From an archaeon GW2011_AR15 (lineage in GTDB: Archaea; Nanobdellota; Nanobdellia; Woesearchaeales; GW2011-AR15): a stretch of 64,000 nucleotides of DNA. A program made the translations under genes and the position numbers. The stretch is from contig CP010425.1 of assembly GCA_000830295.1 (NCBI GenBank), forward strand, positions 1,093,691 through 1,157,690, in the 5' to 3' direction. Positions 56,467-64,000 of the stretch are shown piece by piece (within the stretch, counting starts at the first letter, position 1; the number at the start of each line of letters is the position of its first letter). The notes under the pieces were generated by a model. That model ran no database searches. It was not told the origin of the DNA and saw only the letters and a list, made by a program, of their open reading frames with translations.

Positions 56467-58122
56467 ATGCCGACAATAACAATTAACAGGAAAGTGCTGG
56501 ACAAAATAATAGGGAAGAAACTGCCTGATAAAAAGCTAAAAGACAGGATCTCAATGCTCGGCACTGACCTTGAGAGCGTGGGAGAAGATGATATCATTGT
56601 GGAGATATTCCCCAACAGGCCGGATATGCTCTCAGAGCAGGGATTCGGAAGGGCGCTGAGCTCATTCATAGGGGAGAAAACAGGCCTGAGAAAATACACT
56701 GTGAAAAAATCAGGGGAAAAAGTCATTGTTTCAAAGGAAATGAAGAGCGTGCGTCCCTACACTGTGTGCGCACTGATAAAAAACCTTAAGCTGGACGATG
56801 AGAAAGTAAGGGAGATAATACAGATACAGGAAAAGCTGCACATAACCTTCTGCAGGAGAAGGAAAAAAGCAGCAATCGGAATCTATCCGCTGGAGAACAT
56901 AAAACTGCCCATATATTTCTGCGCGAGAAAGCCCGAGGATATTGTTTTCAGGCCCCTTGAATGGAAGAAAGAGATTAATGCAAAGCAGATACTTGAGCAG
57001 CATCCTACAGGGATTGAATATAAGCATCTTGTAAAAGGCATGAAAAAGTATGCAGTATTCCACGGTTCAGATAATGAGATATTAAGTTTTACTCCTGTTA
57101 TAAACTCCCACCACACAGGGAAGATTACAGACAGGACAAAAGAGGCATTTTTAGAAGTGAGCGGCTCTGACCTCCACACTGCAAATTATGTGCTGAACAT
57201 AATGGCTGCCAGCCTTGCGGACATGGGCGCTGATATCTACTCAATGGAGGTTGTCTATCCTGATAAAACCCTTGTCACTCCTGACCTTTCAGCAAGAAAA
57301 ATGAAATTCAGCGTTTCCTACATAAACAAGTGGCTCGGCCTGGCTCTTGATGAGAAAAAGCTGAAAAGCCTGCTCGAAAAAATGGGTTATGGCTATGAAA
57401 AAGGTCATGCTTTAATTCCCTGCTACAGGCCCGATGTCATACACCCTGTTGACCTGGCAGAGGACATTGCCATTGCATACGGCTATGAGAATTTTAGGCC
57501 AGAGCTGTCCACAAAAGGCACAGTGGCAAAAGAGGATGAGTTTGAAAAATTCAGGAAAAAAGTATCCAGCCTGCTGGCCGGCCTCAATCTTCTTGAGCTA
57601 AACTCATATCATATTTCAGGAAAAGATATCCAGTTCAGGCTCATGGAATTGAAGGCAGAAGATTATGTTGAACTGGAAAATTCAAAGTCAGAGGAGTACA
57701 ATATAATGCGGCATTCAATGCTTGCAAACCTCATGCAGGTGCTTAAGGAGAACACGCACAACGAATACCCACAGAACATTTTTGAGTCAGGCTATGTTTT
57801 CAGGACAGGGGATTCTGAGACCGGAGTTATTGAAGAAAACAAGGTTGCTGTTGTGCTCTGCGACAGGGATGCTGATTACACAAAGATCCGGCAGGTCCTT
57901 GATTACCTGATTGCCTCTCTCGGGCTTGAATGCGCTGTAAAAGAAGCCAGCCACCCGAGCTTCATTGAAGGCAGGTGCGGAAAAGTGGTTTGCGGAAAGA
58001 CAGAGATAGGGGTAATAGGTGAAGTCAGCCCTAAGGTAATAAGCAATTTCTCTGTTGAGATGCCTGCTGCTGCTTTTGAAATAAGTCTGAGTGCGCTCTT
58101 TGGCATGATTGAGAAAGTTTAA
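56467..58122 (+). CDS. pheT: Phenylalanyl-tRNA synthetase beta subunit
   Basis: PNRPDML, QEKLH, RPDVIHPVDLAEDIAIAYGY. Confidence 0.97.
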   Translation: MPTITINRKVLDKIIGKKLPDKKLKDRISMLGTDLESVGEDDIIVEIFPNRPDMLSEQGFGRALSSFIGEKTGLRKYTVKKSGEKVIVSKEMKSVRPYTVCALIKNLKLDDEKVREIIQIQEKLHITFCRRRKKAAIGIYPLENIKLPIYFCARKPEDIVFRPLEWKKEINAKQILEQHPTGIEYKHLVKGMKKYAVFHGSDNEILSFTPVINSHHTGKITDRTKEAFLEVSGSDLHTANYVLNIMAASLADMGADIYSMEVVYPDKTLVTPDLSARKMKFSVSYINKWLGLALDEKKLKSLLEKMGYGYEKGHALIPCYRPDVIHPVDLAEDIAIAYGYENFRPELSTKGTVAKEDEFEKFRKKVSSLLAGLNLLELNSYHISGKDIQFRLMELKAEDYVELENSKSEEYNIMRHSMLANLMQVLKENTHNEYPQNIFESGYVFRTGDSETGVIEENKVAVVLCDRDADYTKIRQVLDYLIASLGLECAVKEASHPSFIEGRCGKVVCGKTEIGVIGEVSPKVISNFSVEMPAAAFEISLSALFGMIEKV

Positions 58123-58147
58123 ATATTGGTTCTGAAATTACTTAGAT

Positions 58148-58795
58148 ATGGGGCCTCCAAGAAAAAAACATTATTCTCTTGAGCAGGTGGTTGCGGGCTG
58201 CTCTGTTATCGCAGGCCAGATAGCTGAAGTCTACAATAAGCTGGGCTCTGATGAAATAAATATCCTCTATATAAAAAACGGGGGCAGCCTGCCCGGGGAA
58301 ATCCTGGGGCATATGCTCACAGAAAGGGGCTTTTTTGTCAACCTTTATTCGCCTCATTACGGAAGATATGATGAGAGCGGCTTTGGCGGAAAAATAGAGA
58401 TAAAAAAAGACCTTAGCCGGCTAGACAAGATAATGATAGCAAAGAGCATAAACAGGGACAACCTGGCTATACACCTTGATGAGCTTGCTGACAAGGGCGA
58501 GACCCTTGAGTTTGCAAGAGAGGATATAAAGGGGTATGGGAATATAGATGAAGAAAAGTTCAGCAATTATGTTTTCACTGCTGTGCTCTGCAGGAAGCCT
58601 GATTTTGCCGCTCTCCCGGATAACAATCCGTTAAAAGCTTCTCTCAAGTTTTGTGCATATCCTGACGCACCAAACAGATGGCTGACATTCCCATGGGAAA
58701 AAGACTCCAAGTTTTACAGGAAGAAGATTGCTAATCTTGTGTATAATGCTCCTGTTTCAGAATTAAGGGAATTTGCAGGGACGCTGGTTAAATAA
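58148..58795 (+). CDS. Type I phosphoribosyltransferase family protein
   Basis: IKNGG, LDELADKGETL PRPP-loop, WLTFPWE. Confidence 0.75.
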   Translation: MGPPRKKHYSLEQVVAGCSVIAGQIAEVYNKLGSDEINILYIKNGGSLPGEILGHMLTERGFFVNLYSPHYGRYDESGFGGKIEIKKDLSRLDKIMIAKSINRDNLAIHLDELADKGETLEFAREDIKGYGNIDEEKFSNYVFTAVLCRKPDFAALPDNNPLKASLKFCAYPDAPNRWLTFPWEKDSKFYRKKIANLVYNAPVSELREFAGTLVK

Positions 58796-58961
58796 GCCCT
58801 TCTTTCTTCCACTGCACTTCCTTGACTTTTCTCCTGTAATCCGCGTATTTGTCTTCAGGGCTGTATTTTGGAGGCTTGTTCTCTATTGCCTTCCCGCCGC
58901 ACCCGCATTTCTCAGAAAGAGTGTATTTGCCGCAGCTCTGGCATTTTAGGATGTGTTTCAT
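58788..58961 (-). CDS. nop10: H/ACA RNP protein Nop10 (below the ORF-track length cutoff)
   Basis: MKHILKCQSCGKYTLSEKCGCGGKAIENKPPKYSPEDKYADYRR; follows eIF2-alpha. Confidence 0.93.
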   Translation of the reverse strand: MKHILKCQSCGKYTLSEKCGCGGKAIENKPPKYSPEDKYADYRRKVKEVQWKKEGLI

Positions 58962-59031
58962 TTTTCATATGTGGGGCTGAGCTTTTAGCGAATGCCGCAC
59001 CTGTTTTGTCCTCTGTTTTATTAAAACAGAG

Positions 59032-59057
59032 TGGCATTTTAGAATATGTTTCATTTT
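59032..59057 (-). repeat. Imperfect duplicate of the nop10 5' end
   Basis: 24/26 identity to 58939-58964, 93 bp apart. Confidence 0.85.
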
Positions 59058-59060
59058 AAA

Positions 59061-59837
59061 TTATTTCTTCTCAGTTCTCTTGAACTCTGCCTGTCCCTTG
59101 TGCTTCAGCACATACTCAACTGCAATCTCAGATGCCTGCTTCAGCTTCGGCTCTGCTTCCTTGTAGTCCGGAGCAGTAACAGAAAACCTGTACTTGCCTC
59201 CTCCCAGGTATGTGATCCTGACCCCTTTTATTTTCTCTGCGCCTGTTAAGGCGCCTTTAATTGTCTCTATGCCGTTCCCCTCATACGTTGAAAGGCTTGC
59301 AACGCCTGAAATCTCAATATCTTTGGGAGTAAACCTCTGCCTAATGAGCTCTTCCATCTGAGGAGCAAATTTTTTGTCTGCAAAATCAGAAACAGAAAGG
59401 TGGCCTGCAATGACATCCTCAAAAGCGTGGTGGATATAGCTGTAATCTTTGAAAAGCTTCCCGGAAATCTCGTCATAGAGCTTTTTTGTGTCAATCTTGT
59501 TCTGCCTGGCAATATAATCAATTATCGACTCTGCCTTCTGCTCAAGCTTTATCTCATTGACCTTCTGCTTCCTCTGGCTCTCGTTTACCCTCCTCAAAGA
59601 AAGGTCAACATGGCCCCTTGCCTCATTGATCCTGAGAACCTTGCAGGCGACTTTCTTGCCTTCCTTTACATAATCCCTTATGTTCCTTATACGGCCTGCA
59701 GCAATCTCAGAAATATGTATCATGCCTGAGATGTTGTAATCATCAATCTTCACGAAAACGCTTGAATACTGTATATTCGTAACTGTACACATCACGATTT
59801 CAGATTCCTCAGGAAATCCTGTTTTGCTGTAAAACAT
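59061..59837 (-). CDS. eif2a: Translation initiation factor aIF2 alpha subunit
   Basis: S1 domain GMIHISEIAAGRIRNIRD, HVDLSLRRV, APDYKEAE. Confidence 0.95.
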   Translation of the reverse strand: MFYSKTGFPEESEIVMCTVTNIQYSSVFVKIDDYNISGMIHISEIAAGRIRNIRDYVKEGKKVACKVLRINEARGHVDLSLRRVNESQRKQKVNEIKLEQKAESIIDYIARQNKIDTKKLYDEISGKLFKDYSYIHHAFEDVIAGHLSVSDFADKKFAPQMEELIRQRFTPKDIEISGVASLSTYEGNGIETIKGALTGAEKIKGVRITYLGGGKYRFSVTAPDYKEAEPKLKQASEIAVEYVLKHKGQAEFKRTEKK

Positions 59838-60014
59838 TTATTCAAGTACCTCTAAGACTCTTGCATCAACCTTTATCTTTCCGCCTGTTGGCTGCGCAAT
59901 TGGCTTGCCGCACACAAGGCAGTTGACTACAGAAGCTGCTTTCCCGAACACAATCTGCTCGTTCTTGCACTTCCCGCATCTTACTTTGATAAATTTTGAA
60001 TCCGGTTCTCTCAT
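59838..60014 (-). CDS. rps27e: 30S ribosomal protein S27e
   Basis: SKFIKVRCGKCKNEQIVF, CLVCG, PTGGK. Confidence 0.95.
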   Translation of the reverse strand: MREPDSKFIKVRCGKCKNEQIVFGKAASVVNCLVCGKPIAQPTGGKIKVDARVLEVLE

Positions 60015-60145
60015 GAATATCACCAGAGTGAAGAAAACGCGGTTCATTTATAAATATATTGCATAAGGGAAAAATAGAGAATAAAAGGCCGCGGGATATC
60101 CGCAACCCAATTTTAAAAAAACCCCTGGTCTTTGTGTTTACTATT

Positions 60146-61009
60146 CTATTGTAGTTGTAATTTAAATACTTTTTGGTTGTCTGAATGCATTATTCTGTCT
60201 AATGGGCTCTTTGTTTTTATCAGCCTTGGCTTTGCGGCGTGCGAATACCCAAATGTTGTTTCCGGATGCACATGGCCGAGCAGGGCCTGGACTGTAGATA
60301 TGTCTTCATCTGATTCTAAAAGGTGTGTGGTGAATGAGTGCCTGAACATATGCGGGTGGAGATGCCTGCCCAGCCTGGATGATTTTCCTGCTTTCCTGAC
60401 AATCTCCTGCACAGCCTTTACTGACAGATGAGCACGATTTCTTCCCGGAAAAATATAGCTGTCAGACTGGCCAGCAAGTTCTTTCAATGGCTTTTCCAAG
60501 ACTTCCGGAATGATAAAAGGCCTGTCTTTCCCTCCTTTGCCCTGCCTTACCCAGCCGACAAGGCCCTCAAAATCAAAATCTGATTTTTTCAGCCGGACAG
60601 CCTCCCCCACCCTCAGGCCTGCCCCGTACATTAGGGCAACAATCAGCCAGTGCTTTTTATTGCTGATGGCCTCCAGCACCTGCTTAATCTCCTGCTCTGT
60701 CAAAAAATCAGGTTTTTTCACAGGTATTTTGCTGAACCTGATCTTGAGATACATTGCCTTATGCAGGATATCAACCATCATGAAGCGCAGGGCATTATGG
60801 GCCACATTGAGAGTGCTCCCGCTCACTCCCTTTTCCTGCATCCTGTATAAAAAAGCCCTTACATCTTTTTTTGAGAATTCCCTTGGAGATTTTTCTTTTG
60901 CAAACAGCAGGAATTTCTTCACGTAAATCAGGTATGTTTTGACTGTTTTCCTGCTCATGCCCCTGCGAAGCATCTCTCTCCTCATGTTGTAGATTATATC
61001 AACAGCCAT
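60146..61009 (-). CDS. Tyrosine recombinase, XerA/integron-integrase-like
   Basis: SAM-like N-domain; intact R (GLRVGE), K (GKGGKDR), HxxR (HMFRHSF), H (LLGH), Y (TFGY); likely start ATG 61009. Confidence 0.92.
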   Translation of the reverse strand: MAVDIIYNMRREMLRRGMSRKTVKTYLIYVKKFLLFAKEKSPREFSKKDVRAFLYRMQEKGVSGSTLNVAHNALRFMMVDILHKAMYLKIRFSKIPVKKPDFLTEQEIKQVLEAISNKKHWLIVALMYGAGLRVGEAVRLKKSDFDFEGLVGWVRQGKGGKDRPFIIPEVLEKPLKELAGQSDSYIFPGRNRAHLSVKAVQEIVRKAGKSSRLGRHLHPHMFRHSFTTHLLESDEDISTVQALLGHVHPETTFGYSHAAKPRLIKTKSPLDRIMHSDNQKVFKLQLQ

Positions 61010-61171
61010 TAAATGCCACAACCGGCCTGCCTTAATATGCCCCACCATTAAAAACTCGAAAAAATGCTTCTCCTTGCCGGTTATTTTTACCACTCTGTCA
61101 TCCAAACACTTTTTCTGCCCCAGATATCCAGAACCAAACCACTAACGCCCCGAATCCCCCAAAACCAGCCT

Positions 61172-61199
61172 TCTTCGCATATAAAGTGTTAAGTTCAAT
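61172..61199 (+). other. dif-like Xer recombination site (11-6-11)
   Basis: TCTTCGCATAT-AAAGTG-TTAAGTTCAAT, at the transition to AT-rich DNA. Confidence 0.55.
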
Positions 61200-61276
61200 A
61201 AAATTTGAGTTCCTTTTGACTAAAACGAGGGGGTTCCTGTCCTTCGGACATATTGCCTTTTGCTTCGCAAAAGAAA

Positions 61277-61576
61277 TTATTTTTTACTAAGGGGCACACT
61301 TTTTTTAACAGAAATACCGCCAGAACATTTTTTAACATCAATCTCGATTCCACTCGACCATGTTAATTTATCAATAAGACTTACAGGTATTGTAATCATA
61401 TATGATGAACCTATATTTAACAATTTATTGAGTGAATTTTTAGATTTTTTTATAATTAATTCGCCATTATTAATAGATATATCTAACAAATCATTCTTTT
61501 GCCATTCTACTTTTCTCATTATGTGTAGAGGAATTGCTATTCTAAAAACCCTCCATCTTATTTGTCTTAATTTCAT
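61277..61576 (-). CDS. Tandem AbrB/MazE (SpoVT)-like DNA-binding protein
   Basis: Two repeats, FRIAIPLHIMRKVEWQKNDLL and YMITIPVSLIDKLTWSSGIEI. Confidence 0.7.
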   Translation of the reverse strand: MKLRQIRWRVFRIAIPLHIMRKVEWQKNDLLDISINNGELIIKKSKNSLNKLLNIGSSYMITIPVSLIDKLTWSSGIEIDVKKCSGGISVKKSVPLSKK

Positions 61577-61854
61577 TTTTCAAGTTTTAACTGATATACA
61601 ATCTTATTCTTTTCTTCATCGTATAATTTTTTTAAATAACCTGTTTTTGTAAGTTTTTCAAGTGCCTTATGTGTGGACTGCCTATTTAGGAAAATTTCAT
61701 TCTTTTTCGCAAATGAATGTATCTCATCCATGCTTAGGTTTTGATTCTTCTCAACAAAGAGTAGTATTTTAATATGTTTTTCATTTTTTAATGCTCCAAA
61801 TTTTTTAGCACTATCTTTCACATTATCTTGATTAACCTTTATTCTTACTTCCAT
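61573..61854 (-). CDS. Winged-HTH (ArsR-like) regulator
   Basis: FGALKNEKHIKIL...STHKALEKLTKTGYL; ATGA overlap with the AbrB-like gene. Confidence 0.7.
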   Translation of the reverse strand: MEVRIKVNQDNVKDSAKKFGALKNEKHIKILLFVEKNQNLSMDEIHSFAKKNEIFLNRQSTHKALEKLTKTGYLKKLYDEEKNKIVYQLKLEK

Positions 61855-61944
61855 AATATACTAAATAAGTATATCCATATTTAATGATTTGTCTCCACTT
61901 TTGCTGACAAGATTTTATATCTTATTGGAAATACCAATAATTAT

Positions 61945-62604
61945 ATGGACGTTCCTAATAATGCTCAAATAAAGCGAGATTTTGAAGCTATGCAAAAAAT
62001 CTCTAAGGCAATCAAGAAAGTCATAGTCAAAATTGGAGATATCTCTATTATTAAGGAAGAATTAGCCCCCGAAGGATTAAAACCTCTTGCCCGTTCAGTA
62101 AGTTGGTTAGTGGAACAAATAATGGTTCAAAATATAAGGAAGTATAAAGATGAATTAGGTATTGAAAAAGTTGAAGACCCCCCAAGTAATGTAAGCTTAT
62201 ATGATTGTTCGATCAAGTTTAGAGGAGAATCTAAAATATATTATCTTAATCTTAAAACTAGTAGTGCTGGTGCAAAAAAGACAAAAGATGATATTTCAAA
62301 AGCAGATAAATTAATAGAGTTATATCAGAGTGATTCAGATTATACCTTATTTGTTGCTGTTTTAAAAGTGATATTTAAAAATACTCACTTAATATTAAAT
62401 CACGAAAATAATTTAATAATATTTAATATCGCATGGATTCCTGATATATACTGTAACCCAAGAAACAATAATTTACAATCAAGTGAGTATGACCAAACTC
62501 AATTTAGAACTAATCAAGAGTTCCTTCAACAAATAAAGGCACACTATAAAGTGTCTGTTGAGAAAAAAAGAAATCAAGTGAGCCAAACTACTTTAGAATC
62601 TTAG
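61945..62604 (+). CDS. Putative type II restriction endonuclease (PD-(D/E)xK-like)
   Basis: LVE...YDCSI...YYLNLKTS pattern; convergent with the methyltransferase. Confidence 0.6.
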   Translation: MDVPNNAQIKRDFEAMQKISKAIKKVIVKIGDISIIKEELAPEGLKPLARSVSWLVEQIMVQNIRKYKDELGIEKVEDPPSNVSLYDCSIKFRGESKIYYLNLKTSSAGAKKTKDDISKADKLIELYQSDSDYTLFVAVLKVIFKNTHLILNHENNLIIFNIAWIPDIYCNPRNNNLQSSEYDQTQFRTNQEFLQQIKAHYKVSVEKKRNQVSQTTLES

Positions 62605-64000
62605 AAAGAATATCATTAATTTGTTTTAATAAGTGTGAATTTTCTTCAGATTTACGTGCTAATCGCGTTGCCTCATCAAATTTTTCTGCAATAAGGTCAA
62701 TATCATTTTGACTAACTTTATTCATATCAGGAACTAATATATTTTCAATATCCTTTGGCTGTAATTTATCTAATCCTCCACCCATAGGACTTATCACTCT
62801 TTTGATTAATTCCTTACAAATTGATGAATTTAGAAAAGCTACAAGAAACTTGATAGTATTTTCATCTTTTGTTTTAGGATAAATGCCATGAAAAGTAGTT
62901 AAATTAAGACAATTAGAATTATTTAAAATAAATTTTACACCATCTCTGCTAAATGTGCCCGCCCAAATTCTTGCAGGTTCTCGTTTTTCCATTGAATACC
63001 AAGGATTTCTTTTTGATGGCAAATATTTATCTGGTATTTTTTGGGCTTCACCATGTTTAATATATTTTAATAGGTTATTAGATGGTTGAGAAAAAACATA
63101 TAATAAATATGCAGGTTTGTTTGTAATAACAATATTATTAAAATCTGATTCATTGAAAGTATGAAATTTACAGTTTAAAGATTTCTCTAAAACAGGACGC
63201 GTGAAGTTTTCTTCAATCCCCCAGTTAGAAAGGTCTGATTTGGATAAAATATAATATTCATTAGCTCCAGTAGCAATTCCTCTACACACTCTTGCATAAT
63301 TAGACAATTTTACGAGATTATGTTTTGTCTCGTTAAAAGTCTCATTCACTTCAAAATAATTATTCCATTTCTCTTTATAATTTAAATCATGTTGCTTATA
63401 CTTAAATAATCTAATTGTGGTGGAAGTAGGATTATTATCATGTAATGTATCTAATAATATTTTTTCATCCCACCTACTTAGCTTTATCATTTTAGCTTCT
63501 TTAGTTTTAATATCAGAACTGCTTTTAGTCAAAATTGTAATACACGCAGAAGACAAATTATCCTCAAAAATTAAAGAACCGTTATCAAAAGTTATTATTG
63601 ATTCTACTTCACAATTTTTTTTTATGAAACTTTTCAAATCTACACCATAGTTAAAATTTAAATAATCACTAGGCGTAATAAAGACTAATCTTCCATTCTC
63701 TTTGAGCATGGAAATAGCCCTATAAAAAAAGAGTGCATAATAGTTAACTAATCTACTTACTTTAATATAGAGCTCATTTTCTAATTGGGTAATTATTTGG
63801 TCTCGTTCACCTACGCCTTGAAACCTAATGTACGGCGGATTAGCAATAATTAAGTCGTATTTTTTTTTATTTTTGAAAAATAGAAAATCTTCATTTAGGT
63901 AGTTAACTTTAATTTTTTTATTACGAGAAAGATTTATTCTTGACATAAATAAACAAAGAGGGTCTTTTTCTATAATATCACATTCTATTTGCTTATCATT
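62588..64000 (-). CDS. N6-adenine DNA methyltransferase (gamma class, Eco57I/TaqI-like), 5'-truncated
   Basis: DLIIANPPY, GRLVFITP, RGIATGAN; frame open to the window edge (IIEKD upstream of ATG 63946). Confidence 0.9.
   Translation of the reverse strand, partial: NDKQIECDIIEKDPLCLFMSRINLSRNKKIKVNYLNEDFLFFKNKKKYDLIIANPPYIRFQGVGERDQIITQLENELYIKVSRLVNYYALFFYRAISMLKENGRLVFITPSDYLNFNYGVDLKSFIKKNCEVESIITFDNGSLIFEDNLSSACITILTKSSSDIKTKEAKMIKLSRWDEKILLDTLHDNNPTSTTIRLFKYKQHDLNYKEKWNNYFEVNETFNETKHNLVKLSNYARVCRGIATGANEYYILSKSDLSNWGIEENFTRPVLEKSLNCKFHTFNESDFNNIVITNKPAYLLYVFSQPSNNLLKYIKHGEAQKIPDKYLPSKRNPWYSMEKREPARIWAGTFSRDGVKFILNNSNCLNLTTFHGIYPKTKDENTIKFLVAFLNSSICKELIKRVISPMGGGLDKLQPKDIENILVPDMNKVSQNDIDLIAEKFDEATRLARKSEENSHLLKQINDILSKILK

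Larger units (their letters stand above)
61200..64000. mobile_element. AT-rich acquired defence island/cassette (continues beyond the window)
   Basis: Abrupt visible drop in GC after ~61200; restriction-modification and regulator genes; adjacent recombinase. Confidence 0.7.

Noticed and set aside
58965-58967. In-frame TGA before nop10 as a selenocysteine or readthrough codon
   Set aside because: The upstream peptide is a duplicated start plus hairpin-derived sequence, nop10 is complete from its own ATG, and TGA is a normal stop elsewhere in the window
60146-61009. Bona fide integron integrase IntI
   Set aside because: The IntI-specific insertion before the HxxR motif is not evident, and I could not identify a canonical attC site

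Overview
Archaeal chromosome segment, most consistent with a DPANN (Woesearchaeota-like) genome. It shows archaeal-type translation genes, TTTA[T/A]A TATA boxes about 25 nt before many starts, a tRNA with a bulge-helix-bulge (BHB) intron, and genetic code 11. Core content: rpl7ae-rps28e-rpl24e-ndk-EF2-EF1A-rps10, eIF2-gamma, Lsm-rpl37e, the Pop5-psmA-SBDS-rrp4-rrp41-rrp42-rpoK superoperon, proS, rtcA, pheST, rps27e-eIF2-alpha-nop10 and three tRNAs (Pro-GGG, intron-containing Leu-TAG, Pro-TGG). Most unusual observations: (1) five ~90-100 bp hairpin-packed inserts, each duplicating a gene end (all three tRNAs and the nop10 start), plus a dispersed hairpin with a compensatory base-pair change; (2) a fused two-ThiF-domain, UBA1-like E1 next to an Rpn11-like JAMM protease, ~1.5 kb from the proteasome-exosome operon; (3) a ~9.7 kb five-gene operon with one intact GHKL/Hsp90-like ATPase, a degenerate paralog and a membrane-anchored paralog built from repeated Hsp90-middle-like modules; (4) a proline-centred cluster whose proB-proC-proA operon is preceded by a Pro-Pro leader peptide; (5) a Xer-type recombinase with a dif-like site at the edge of an AT-rich restriction-modification island. 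All family assignments come from motif recognition by eye; no database searches were run.
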